Below, in pieces: positions 53,540 through 64,000 of a stretch of DNA of 64,000 bases. Position 1 is the first letter of the stretch. Each line of letters opens with the position of its first letter. This DNA is from Rhynchobatus australiae. Taxonomy: Eukaryota. Both the position numbers and the translations under genes were made by a program. The DNA lies in the NCBI GenBank assembly GCA_034780895.1, contig JAUZTB010000017.1, positions 15,211,628-15,275,627 on the forward strand, written 5' to 3'. The notes beneath the pieces are model-generated. The model ran no database searches and was not told the origin of the DNA. It saw nothing but the letters and a program-made list of their open reading frames with translations.

Positions 53540-54562
53540 AAGTCAAAGCTAAGTTCATTGCCCTATGCACAAGCACATGTATGCACAGGTGCAATGAAAA
53601 TTACTTGCAGCAGCATCACAGCACATAAGCAGCATTCACAAGAAAAACATAAATTATACAATATTACAAGAAAAAAAACACAATTAGGACAAAAAAAGTC
53701 CATTTTAGTGCAAAGTGATCCAAGTGGTCATAGTGTTGCTAAACCATAGTGATTAGGGTTGTGCTGATTGCTTCAAGAATCGAATGGTTGAAGGGAAGTA
53801 GCTGTTTTTGAACCCGGTGCTGTGGGACTTCAGGCTTCTGTATCTCCTGCCCAATGGTAGCTCTGAACAGATGGCATAGCCCAGATGATGGGGATCTTTG
53901 GTTATTGGCTTCTTGAGGCAGCGCCTCCTGTAGATACTACCAATGGTGGGGAGTGATGTGCCTGTGATGTTTTGGGCTGAGTCCACTACCCTCTGCAGCT
54001 TCTTGCATTGCTGCACATTGGAATTGCCGTACCAGACCATGATGCAACCCGTCAGGATACTTCCAACAGTACATCTGTAGAAGTTTGTTAGAGTGTTCTT
54101 CCAGTCCTTTATAAGTATCTTGAGGATTTCTGCCTCTACTACCTTTTCAGGGAGTGAGATCCAGATCCATGCCACCCTCTGGGTGAAAAAGATTTCTGTA
54201 GAAGTTTGTTGGGTGTTCAGCGACAAGCTGAACCTCCTTAACCTCCTAAGAAAGTAAAGATGCTGGCATTCCTTCCTTGTGATTGCATCTATGTGCTGGG
54301 CCCCAGACAGGTCACCCGATATGTTAAGGCGCAGAAATTTAAAGCTGCTGAATCCACCACCGATCCCCCAATGTAGACTGGTGCATGTTCGCTCTCCTTC
54401 CCCTTTCTGAAGTCAACAATCAGCTCTTTACTTTTACTGACGTTGAGCGAGAGGTTGTTGTTGCAGCATCACTCAACCAGGTTTCCTGTCTCACTCTGAT
54501 AAGCTGACTCATTACCACCTGTGATTTGTCCAACAACAGTGGTGTTGTTGGCGAATTTGTAT
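53540..54562 (-). mobile_element. Rex1/Babar-type LINE, about 1 kb 3' portion, with internal CR1 insert
   Basis: TLTNFYRCTVGSILTGCIMVWYGN...KKLQRVVDSAQNITGTSLP...KDPHHLG...GRRYRSLKSHSTGFKNSYFPSTIRFL; upstream KFANNTTVVGQI (FADD-like) remnant. Confidence 0.88.
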
Positions 54563-54744
54563 ATAATAATATGGTATATTGTTGGGTAGCATCATTTAAT
54601 TAAGATATTCACTGTTAATTGTTAATTTCCTTTCATTGAAAAGTGTGAATTTGCTTTAAAGCATAAGCTTAAATATGTCTTGTTTGTTGCCTCATGGTTG
54701 GCTTTCTGCAGTTCTAATGTGGATTTTACCCCTCTGCCCTCTAG

Positions 54745-54809
54745 CACTGCATGCTTCTGCCTCCAAAACTTCCTCCCTCCCTGGTTACGGACGAAGTGGA
54801 CTGCATAGG
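54745..54809 (+). CDS. ABLIM1: ABLIM1 exon J (65 nt, 1-0): SLHASASKTSSLPGYGRSGLHR
   Basis: Acceptor ccctctag, donor gtaagg; matches SKTASLPGYGRNGLHR. Confidence 0.93.
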
Positions 54810-56284
54810 GTAAGGCGAGACCAGCATGCACTGCACATTATGTACCTGGACCAGCGGAAAGCCTATCAGCTACATTAAGTACATTTCCTCTGCATTTTCT
54901 ATACCTTGATACTGCAACCTCCTGACTCTGGAGTTTCTTAAGAATAATCAGCACCAAGTGTTTTGAAGCTGATTGTGGAAATTTAAATTTGTAATTATGT
55001 GGTTTCTAAAGGATAGACTGTTCATGTCCATGCATAATACCATTGCTCATGCAGCAGAGTTATTATAGTATTGAGAATAAAAGTTCACTGTCTTAGAGTG
55101 GTTGCTCCATATGTGAAAGTCATTGTGCATTTTCTGAAATATAAACAGTAGCGTGCTGGGAATTCTTGGCAGCATCTGTGGAGAGATGTGGACGGTTAAC
55201 ACTCAACATCAATGGACTTTCATCAGGACTCCTGCACACTTTAGTATTAGGTCAATAAAGCAATAGAATAAGCCATTCATTTGTCAAATTTGGATGGAAA
55301 GGAAGCTATAATTTTAAAGCTTATGCCATACCTTGATAGAAGCCTGGAAGTGAGAAGTCCTCTTTGATTCTAATTTATTGTTAAGGAAGGGCAGTTAACA
55401 ATGCTATAGATTGCCACTCAGTCCACACACCTCTGAAACCAGGGTTTAAATGCAGAACTAACAGAGTGAAAACCTCACTGCAAAAGGAATGTGGGAAATG
55501 ACTGAGCACAGTCTTGACATACCGAACCATCCCTCGTTTAGCAATAATTGTTGTCTCACCCAGCAAGGCCACCACAAGGGTGAGCAGAAGTCAGCAAGAA
55601 AACATTTCTGGGGAGAGGCTTAAGAATACAGCAGACCTTTGGAAAAAGACAAATTTGGAAAAGGTAAAGACTCTTTCACTTCACCACTCACCAGGATGAT
55701 CCTCACTCTGGGACTCTTTGATACCAGGGGAACATGCCAGCATTCAATGAGTGCAAAAATTCACCCAAACTGTACGCAAAACAAATGAATTACAAATGTG
55801 AATGCATGAGTATCCAGGTGACCAGCTTGTGCTTGCCCGTCTAATTATAGCTGTGAGGTTCACATCATTCTCTGCTTTTCATCTGCATCTGCGAGTTAAA
55901 GCAGCGCAACTTTGTACTCGTTTTTTTGAAAATCCTGTGTGCACGTCAAATCAATACACAAAATGTAAAATTGTGGCACAGTTCAGAAAGAGAGAAATCA
56001 AATATCAATCTGTCCCTTGAACCGAAAATAAATTAACCACACAATTTTATAATCCTGAGACAGTAAGATGTTTAATGGACAACCGACCTAATAATCTTGG
56101 TTACAATGCATGGTGAGCGATTAGTTTGATATTAAATTCTATGGAATCAGTTACTGAGGATAAGGGTAAGTCACCAGCAGGTTGAAGTTGTGTGTCTCCT
56201 GGCAATTGACCAAAAGGAGTATTACTCGAGTCTTGTGAGTAACCCTTACCTCAGTATCGCAAGGACAACAGTTATAGCACAGTC

Positions 56285-56618
56285 AGAGAGAGATGCAGCA
56301 TGGAAACAGGCCCTCCGTCCAACAAGTCCATGCCAACCATCAACCACCCACTTACACTAATCCTACATTTTTGTTAACTCCCACACCCTGAGATCCTACT
56401 ACTCAGTGACATACTAGGGGCAAAATTACAGTGGCCAATTAATCTACCAACCCACAAATCCTCTGGGATGTTGGAAGATAACAGAGCACCCGGAGGAACC
56501 CACATGGTCACAAGGAGAACGTGCAAATTCCACACAGGCAGTACCTGAGGTCAGGATTGAACCTGGGTCTCTGGCGCTGTGAGGCAGCAGCTCCACTGGC
56601 TGTGCCACCGTGCTGCCC
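56285..56618 (-). mobile_element. V-SINE/HE1-type SINE, full length, well preserved
   Basis: Minus strand ggcagcacggtggcacagccagtggagctgctgcctcacagcgccagagacccaggttcaatcctgacc (A and B boxes), V core, CR1 tail ggcctgtttccatgctgcatctctct. Confidence 0.88.
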
Positions 56619-58559
56619 AGAACATTTGGGTCTTGATTCCAGATGGTTATCACCTTCCTATAAAGCTTGAAGTTCAGTGCCAAAGAGAAACGAGTATGAA
56701 GGAACTCCTCTGCTTTCAAAGAAATGTAACAAGTTAGAAGGATGAAGAGGGGNNNNNNNNNNNNNNNNNNNNNNNNNNNNNNNNNNNNNNNNNNNNNNNN
56801 NNNNNNNNNNNNNNNNNNNNNNNNNNNNNNNNNNNNNNNNNNNNNNNNNNNNAGGGGTGTTTATGGGTATGTTTCCCATTTGAGCATTAATTATTTAACT
56901 GGTAGCTTGAAAAAAATTATACATAATAAGAAAATCCAAGATATCAACATTTCAATTACTTAAGTAATAATGCATAAATGTCAGCTCTGAAATTATAATT
57001 ATAGGATTAAGTGGATTACTGAAAAGATTAAAGATGAATATCATATCATTTTTGAACAATAGAAGCAGTGACTTACTGTTGGCAGCCTATAAAATGCTTT
57101 CCACATGTATTGTAATCAAAGATTGGCCTTTAACTTAAACTAATGTGCCATGTGGGAATTGGGTGGGTCTGGATCAAATACCTTACATACAACTGGTCTG
57201 ATTTTAGGTGTTATTATGGATATCAAAATTGGACAAGGTGTAAGTTGGGTAGCTGGCCTCAATGTGTCCTATTTGTGCAAGCACATTAAACTAAATGTGA
57301 ACTTTAAGTATCCAGGTGAAGAATAAATTACTGAAATTTAAATTTCAATAATGGATTGAAGCAGAACTGTTTGGGGGAAATCCTATCTTTGGACAATCAT
57401 AGTGATACATAACTTTGATTTTAATTTGATGACAACAGGCTGGAATACTTCCAGATAAATTCAGGTAACAAGCAATGGTATCAATTTTTTTGGAATGCAT
57501 AATGTTACTAAAGCCAAAATGAATGATGAAGATGTGACAGTTTTCATCCCTGTGACTGATGTTCATCGCAATGCAATGGGCACATGTCTTATTGAGGTGT
57601 GCGAGAGATGAGGTGGGGAGAGTACAGCAGGAGCACAGGCTCCCCCTAATCATTAAGCATTTACCCACTTAAAGAACTTGTGCATATGTGTGTAATGTTT
57701 GTTCACATTTCACCTCCAAAAGTAATTAAATATGTACATTTATACACTACCCTTATGTCCTTGAAAGTTAACCAATAGAAATCTCTGATCCAACACAGAT
57801 GTAACTACAGCAACACCATTTTATCCTGTACTAATTAGCATAAAAATGCTGATCAATACAGTTAAACACAGGTAATAAATATTCACCTCCATCATTCTGT
57901 CCAGGACCTTGTATTCATCTCTTCAACTAGATTTAAAATTCAGGGCTGAATTCATCAGAACCCAACAGAGAAGCTGTACTAAAATATGTTTTCATACTTG
58001 GAGTGATACTTTGATCTTAAGTGTGTTGACATCTAGAACGCACTCGAGTGTTGCTTGTTTAATGGCACTTTGTGCTCTGTAGAAGCTGCTCATTTCTCAG
58101 TAGGCTTGTCCTGCTGGCCTCGAGCAGTTAAGACCGTTGGTCCAGCTATCTCTGTACAAGCTTGTTGGTGTTTTCATGATACCATTGTTCTGTGTTTTCA
58201 CCCTTTACACACCAGTCATTGCATATATTTAAAAAGTGGAATACACACAGTAGTGAAAGGAGTACTCTGCATCTTTACCAACAGTTGACGTCAGCACTCT
58301 GATGCTGTGTAAATATGAATATTTAATCATAAGCTCCTTAACTGTCTCTCTTATCTTGCTTTATCAACCACACATAATTAGTCACATGTCAGCAATGACT
58401 ATTAGACAACATTCGGCTAACTACTGTGTATATATTTATGATAGAGCATACCCTTGCAATGATAATTCTATAGCATCTGGCAGAAAAATATTAAGATATC
58501 AATAGATTGAATCATTGACCTTAAAACCTGCAAAGACTAATTACACTTCTTTTTGTTAG

Positions 58560-58620
58560 CCACTCTCGACAGATTTCACACAGTACGACAGCTACAGCGA
58601 TGTAAGCGAAGGTGTCAGAG
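58560..58620 (+). CDS. ABLIM1: ABLIM1 exon K (61 nt, 0-1): PLSTDFTQYDSYSDVSEGVR
   Basis: Acceptor ttttgttag, donor gtaggg; matches PVSTDFAQYNSYGDVSGGVR. Confidence 0.88.
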
Positions 58621-59039
58621 GTAGGGATGTCCATTTGGCTTGCATTTCTGTTCATGTCTATCTAGTTTATGAAATATGTATAAAATCAATAGTGCTCATC
58701 TCTGATTTAAGTGGCATTGCCAAGCATGTATGTATGACTTTCATTAAATACTCTAAATACAAGTAAGTTGCTCCATTATAAGTGGATTTGTTACTATTCC
58801 TGTACCTCAACCTGTGCATTTGCTCTAAACAAGTGCTCACAGATAAATGGATACACCTGCCATATTTTGGTTGGAGTCAGAATAATTCAGTGCTTTCAAC
58901 ATAGACTAAAGCAGTGTGTGAAACTAGCACTTCAAATGCTAACATTTCCAGTAATAGGTTCTTTAATAGTTTTGCACATGAACCAGTAATTACAGTGCAA
59001 TGCACATCCATGTATTTTCAGCTACCTGGTTTGTGTGTG

Positions 59040-59260
59040 GGAATGCAACCACCTTGAAGATTTCCTGCAAATTGTGCACCGTCAAGACTTGAAAATATAT
59101 CACTATCCCAGGGCCTAAATTCCACTTTCCTAACCCAATAATTATCCAAGAGGATCTTTATCACAAGGACTGCAGTGATCCAACAAGATAGCTCACTACA
59201 CCTCCTCAAGGGCAATCAGGAATGGGCAATAAATTCTGGTCTTGCAATTCAAGCACATTA
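59040..59260 (+). mobile_element. LINE (CR1-like) 3' end remnant
   Basis: ggactgcagtgatccaacaagatagctcactacacctcctcaagggcaatcaggaatgggcaataaattctggtcttgc. Confidence 0.55.
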
Positions 59261-62200
59261 AAACAAAATGAGTGCACAATGTCCGCAGCAAATTCATCTG
59301 ATATGGAAATTATATTTGGACCAAAATTCATGTTACTGCTCAGCTACCAAAAAGTAGCCCATCACACAATTTTGAGTCACAAAGATCAAGTTACTTTAAC
59401 AGTTTCCATACCTGCCAGGTTATGAATGCAGGAAAATACAATGCTTGGGTGCTGTATACATGACCCAACTTCATTGGACGTGGATCTTTGTTAATTGGCC
59501 CTCTGGGTTTTTCGGGTATTTCCCAAACAACAAGCTGTAGCCGGGCCATCATTTCCATCGCCCTTTTGAACCGGATGCACATATGTCATCACTGTACTGA
59601 CCACTTAGGGCTAAGGAGGTGGAAGGGGGAGAATGTCATTGGGTTCACCAATCTGCCTACTCTGTCCTGCTATACCTCCTCACATAGACCAGGCCAATAT
59701 TAATGAAGATAGTATTTCTGTCTGCTATTGCCCCAAGCTCTGTCATTAAGACTGAATTGGGAACATGTTTGGTGATTACAAAGGCAATGATTCGATATTC
59801 CAGGGAGTTGCGTGGTTTTCATGCTGTGAGATAGGGAGGAATATTACCTCAAGAACAGGAAGCTGAATAATGAAAATTGAAGGTGATTGTATTTTGCTGG
59901 CCCACTGATTTCCTTGCACTTCATGTTCGATTGAGAGTCCATTGTTGCATAAAAGCTTTTGAAGGTTTGTGTTTAATGTGGCTGAACAGTCTTTTCCTTT
60001 TCTATGATCGCCACCCTCAGCAATTGGGACACTGACTTCAGTGCGTGCCACCATACTTGAATGCTTACCAGAATCTTACTGCTTTACTTCCCCTCCATCC
60101 TTTCAAGAAAGTGCTTTTGCTCGGTGCTCCCCTGGATATCAAAGGCCCAATATTCCAGTAGCGTGCTGTGCCCCACATTGTTCCAATGAAAATGTTATTC
60201 TCTTATTTTTAACAAATGGATTTCATTAACATTCCTGGTTTTCACAAAGATCATGACTGCCTTATAAAATCCTATAACTTGGTTTATAATAGCTTCTGAA
60301 TTCTAATCCACAGCCAACACATTCTCACCCCATTTATTTTTCAAAGTTCATCACTTGCGACTTTCTGGAAAGATGTCAGGAAAACTTAGCATTATGTGCC
60401 ATTTTACTCTTGAATTGTGTGCCAGAGACTGTGGCTCTTGTTCTCTGGAACACCATGCAGGAGTCTCCAAGCTCCTTTTGCTAATAGTTTGGCACTGCCA
60501 CCTAGCAGCTGGAAGCAGAACAGACAGTGACCATTGCTCAGTGTTATGGGAAATCACTATAGTAGGATTCTCTGTTCAACAGATGTAAAAAAAATCTGTT
60601 AGCCCTGGGGCCCCTTTACAGCAAGTTCAACTTGCCAATGTATGTTCAAAGATATTGGGTAAGGAGCAGACCAAGTGACTGTGACAACCCACACACAAAT
60701 AGCTCTCCATAACTTCTTGGCTACCTGGACCTGCATCCTCAAATTAAAACTTGAAATTGGGCTCTTTGTAAATGAGTAAGCATAAGCTTCATCTATTGAT
60801 TTGAGATGTCTGTTATTTTAGTGGGGGATTAACACCAGCACTTCCTCTACGAAGCAACAAGCAGAGGACTTTGATGTGATTTGATTCGCTGACCCATGTT
60901 TGCTGGGGAGAAAGATGGAAAACTAAGCTGGCATCCAGCCATGTTGAGGCAAACTACTTATAAAGATGAATTTATCCATAAAATCATTCCAACGTGAACA
61001 ATAGACAAACCTAACTAAGCCTGATTTTAATGCACCACAGGTTAGAGTCAAAGAGACACACAGCACAGAAAGGAGCTGTGCGGCCCACCACAGCCACAGT
61101 GACCAGTGGGCGCCCATCCATATTCATCCCATCTCCCAGCACTTAGCCTGTAGCTGCCCAAGTGCTCGTCTTGACGCTTCTCAAATGCTGTCACAATTCT
61201 GCTTCCACCACTCTCCAGCAGTGCATTCCAGATACCAAGTTCAAAATTGAGATGGGCGCGACTATGACTGATCCAATTTTATCAAGAAACACCGGCATTT
61301 TCTTCTGAAATAAAAAGAAGGCTCCCAACAAAAAGAGCAGCTGAGGAAGGGTGGAGTGTTTACATTTGAGCCAGATGGCCGAGTTCCTGTTAACACTGTG
61401 CTGCTCGGAATCCTTTCCAGCCCTTGATCTGGCTGGTTTTCGTGGGGCCTGGCAGAAGAGGGTGTTGATAAGCAGGCACTGTCTCCCCAGCCCTGCTGCG
61501 GCACGTTAGTTGTATGTGGAGCAGTACTGGTGGTAATTGTGGNNNNNNNNNNNNNNNNNNNNNNNNNNNNNNNNNNNNNNNNNNNNNNNNNNNNNNNNNN
61601 NNNNNNNNNNNNNNNNNNNNNNNNNNNNNNNNNNNNNNNNNNNNNNNNNNNNNNNNNNNNNNNNNNNNNNNNNNNNNNNNNNNNNNNNNNNNNNNNNNNN
61701 NNNNNNNNNNNNNNNNNNNNNNNNNNNNNNNNNNNNNNNNNNNNNNNNNNNNNNNNNNNNNNCACTGTGTGAAAAAGGCTAATTTTTGCATGTTCTTATC
61801 TTTTCGTTTATACTGTATTGTGGTTCAAAAAAGATGAATAAGCCAGTGTTAAAATGATTAAGATCCATCAAGGGTGTATTATGTACAATTATTGCTATTT
61901 TTTGTAATGAAATTCTAGAATTCCTATTTTTGGTAGGGCCCCTTAAGTTATTAGTAAGAGTCAAGCAATGAATATTTTCTTTTATTAACTTATTAAGAGC
62001 AATAAACAGGATCAAAATATATAAATATTTGTGAACATCCTAAATTTAATAACTGAGCCTTGGATTAAATCTTTTGAGGAATTAACTACAAATATGTGCA
62101 GATTTATTACATAGGCACTAAAGTGGGTTAAGAGTGAAGTATGACACACAAAGTTAAATACAGTATGACAAACTTTTTTTTAACATTTTTCTTTGAAACA

Positions 62201-63000
62201 TTTTTTTCAATGCCATGTCATAATGTATTTAATTTTGTTCACTTTTGGATTTTAACCTGTAATTTTATTCATACCTCTAATCCCCTTGAAATAAACACAG
62301 TGATAATAGCCCAGATGTCCTTGCAACCAACTCTGTTTGACATATTTATTTCCAATTTGCCTATTTACTTTCAATATATTGTATTCAAATGAGTGTCTGA
62401 GTGTGCACTGTGGTTCAGTAGGCTGACTTATTTGGTGAGTGATTGTGGTATGTAAATCAGCCTCAACAAATTTGTTGAGTTTACCTGAGAACTTCTGGGC
62501 AGTGAGTGGAAATGTCACTTCTTGTTCATGGAAAAATATAGTTGAAGTTAAAATTTTATCTGAACGTAAAGCATCATGGTGACTTGATGTGATAACCAAG
62601 GGTTTTGAGCTGCTTGGACTGCTTCATTCATTTATAGTGCAGTAAAACAGCCTCACTTCAAAATGATGCTACATTTAAATTGTAAGTGTAGCTCAAATAC
62701 ACAGCAACTTCTACCTTACTTATGTTCAATAAAACAATTCTAAGAGTACTACCTAATTAGTAAAGACAATGGTTAATCTCTCAATACTATAATCAATACA
62801 AAAGATAAATAATAGCATACAATAAGGGTAACTGAATCTTTTTCATGTTTTATGAGGAGTTTGGACTGTATTTGTATTGTTAATCTTTAATGAAATGCTA
62901 ATCATTAGTTCCTTAAAGTTTAATAGGAAGTTGTATTGATGCATGCACTACGGACTTGTGTGACAGTCAGAGCAACATCTTTATTTCTGTATCTCTCCAG

Positions 63001-63075
63001 CCTCCACAGGAGGGAGCTGTGCAAGGCGCAAGGATGGACAGGGGAGTTTCAATGCCCAACATGCTGGAGCCAAAG
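63001..63075 (+). CDS. ABLIM1: ABLIM1 exon L (75 nt, 0-0): PPQEGAVQGARMDRGVSMPNMLEPK, probable GC donor
   Basis: Acceptor atctctccag; RMDRGVSMPNMLEPK identical to ABLIM1; followed by AAG|gcaagt. Confidence 0.9.
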
Positions 63076-63339
63076 GCAAGTCCAAAGCAACTGGGTTATA
63101 TTAAAGTATGGAAAAGTAACAAACAAAAATGAGCTTGGTGCAAAAGAAAACAAAAAAAAACTTGAAGTGTCTGTCAGACAAACTGGTGCACAGTGTAGGT
63201 CTTGAACCAGATGCTTATAGGTGTTGGAAGAGTTACTGCAGTAACTTTCCAAGTGGGTCAGAGTTGGCATTTGCTGCTCTTCTTTTAATAGATGGAAGTT
63301 GGGAATAAGTATTTGTTCCGTGTTTTTTATATGACACAC

Positions 63340-63815
63340 ACTACAACCACAGTGCACCTGTGGTGGCAGGGTTAAATGTTCAGGGTGGTGGAGGGGTGTT
63401 CCAGTCTAGTGGGCTGCTTTATCCTGGATGGTGCTGAGCCCATCAAGTGTTGTTGGAGGAGCTGCANNNNNNNNNNNACAGGTGGAGAGTGTTCCCTCCA
63501 GCTCCTGACGTTCCATTTTAATGGTGGAAAAACTATGGAGGGGTCAGCAATCACCACAGGATACCCAATCTCTACTCTGATGTTTCAGCTGTAGTATTTA
63601 TGTGACTGGTCCAGTTGAGTTTTTGGTTAAAGATGACCCTAGGATGTTGATGGTGGAGAACTTGGTGATGTCCAAGGTCAGTATTTAGACATTATTTTAT
63701 TGGAGGTGGTCAGTGCCTGGCACTTTTGGGTTGCTTGCCACTTAACAATCCTGATGGTGTCTGGGTCTTGTCCCATGCAGACATGGAGAGCTTCATTTTC
63801 TGAGGACTTGTGAAC
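63340..63815 (-). mobile_element. LINE (CR1-like) RT C-terminal remnant
   Basis: Minus-strand MGSAPSRIKQPTRLEHPSTTLNI resembles the CR1-like WMSAAPTTL..LD.IQ.KA..LI...STTLNIHSL motif. Confidence 0.55.
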
Positions 63816-64000
63816 TTGTCTATCAAGGGCCACAGTCAATGGTTTTAAATTCATGCATTATACTTAAAGCCTTTCAAAGTATTCCACAAGTTCTGGTATT
63901 TGCATAGTTAATAGATTGGTGTCATATTTGTGGATTATAAGTCAGAAAATCTTTGTTAAAAATGCTTGACTGAGCTAAGTAGATCATACTGAATTTCCCA

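Larger units (their letters stand above)
11597..63075 (+). other. ABLIM1: ABLIM1 (actin-binding LIM protein 1) gene body, partial: 12 internal coding exons between LIM4 and the villin headpiece
   Basis: Colinear AG/GT-bounded exons with compatible phases (except the last junction) translate to peptides matching recalled vertebrate ABLIM1 in order: PTRSSSESI, AKVDNEILDYKDLAAIPKVKAIYDIERPDLITYEP, SPRTLSPTPSAE, GNEPSSGR, NIYRKPPIYKQ, SKFPAAQAPDP, GLGKLILKEE, SLPGYGR, RMDRGVSMPNMLEPK. Confidence 0.9.

Noticed and set aside
53753-54226. 157-aa ORF as a host gene
   Set aside because: It is a Rex1/Babar RT C-terminus fused to a CR1 fragment, inside a truncated element.
56545-56618. tRNA-like sequence (also about 31030-31100 and 40910-40979)
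   Set aside because: These are SINE heads continuous with core and LINE tail, not stand-alone tRNA genes.
460-63594. Most entries of the six-frame ORF track, including X-rich ORFs
   Set aside because: Short, often non-ATG, gap-spanning or low-complexity. In an intron-rich eukaryotic locus they are chance ORFs or transposon debris, and the true coding sequence is in spliced exons.
1-64000. CRISPR arrays, operons, rRNA or other prokaryotic/viral systems
   Set aside because: No regularly spaced repeat-spacer array, long ORF or rRNA-like sequence is visible; the window is a vertebrate intron-exon region.

Overview
This is vertebrate genomic DNA from a draft assembly with many N gaps. The repeat complement (tRNA-derived V-SINE/HE1-type SINEs, CR1, Rex1/Babar, L2 and Penelope-like elements) points to a cartilaginous fish, probably a ray or skate (inference). 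The window lies inside one plus-strand gene, actin-binding LIM protein 1 (ABLIM1, dematin/abLIM family). Twelve internal coding exons (11597-63075, 1111 nt in total) encode the region between the last LIM domain and the villin headpiece; the LIM exons and headpiece exons lie outside the window. The rest is intron, and almost all ORF-track entries are spurious or decayed transposon fragments. I see no prokaryotic-type system such as CRISPR or operons. The most interesting signals are: several frame-preserving candidate microexons, including a nested 18-nt/147-nt pair whose long form is hydrophobic; a GC-AG donor; a GAG acceptor; a frame discontinuity implying a hidden 3n+2 microexon; Penelope-derived fold-back elements with degenerate hammerhead-ribozyme cores; a CR1 fragment captured inside a Rex1/Babar element between direct repeats; and SINEs with swapped LINE tails. 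Family assignments come from recalled sequence, not database searches, and repeat boundaries are approximate.
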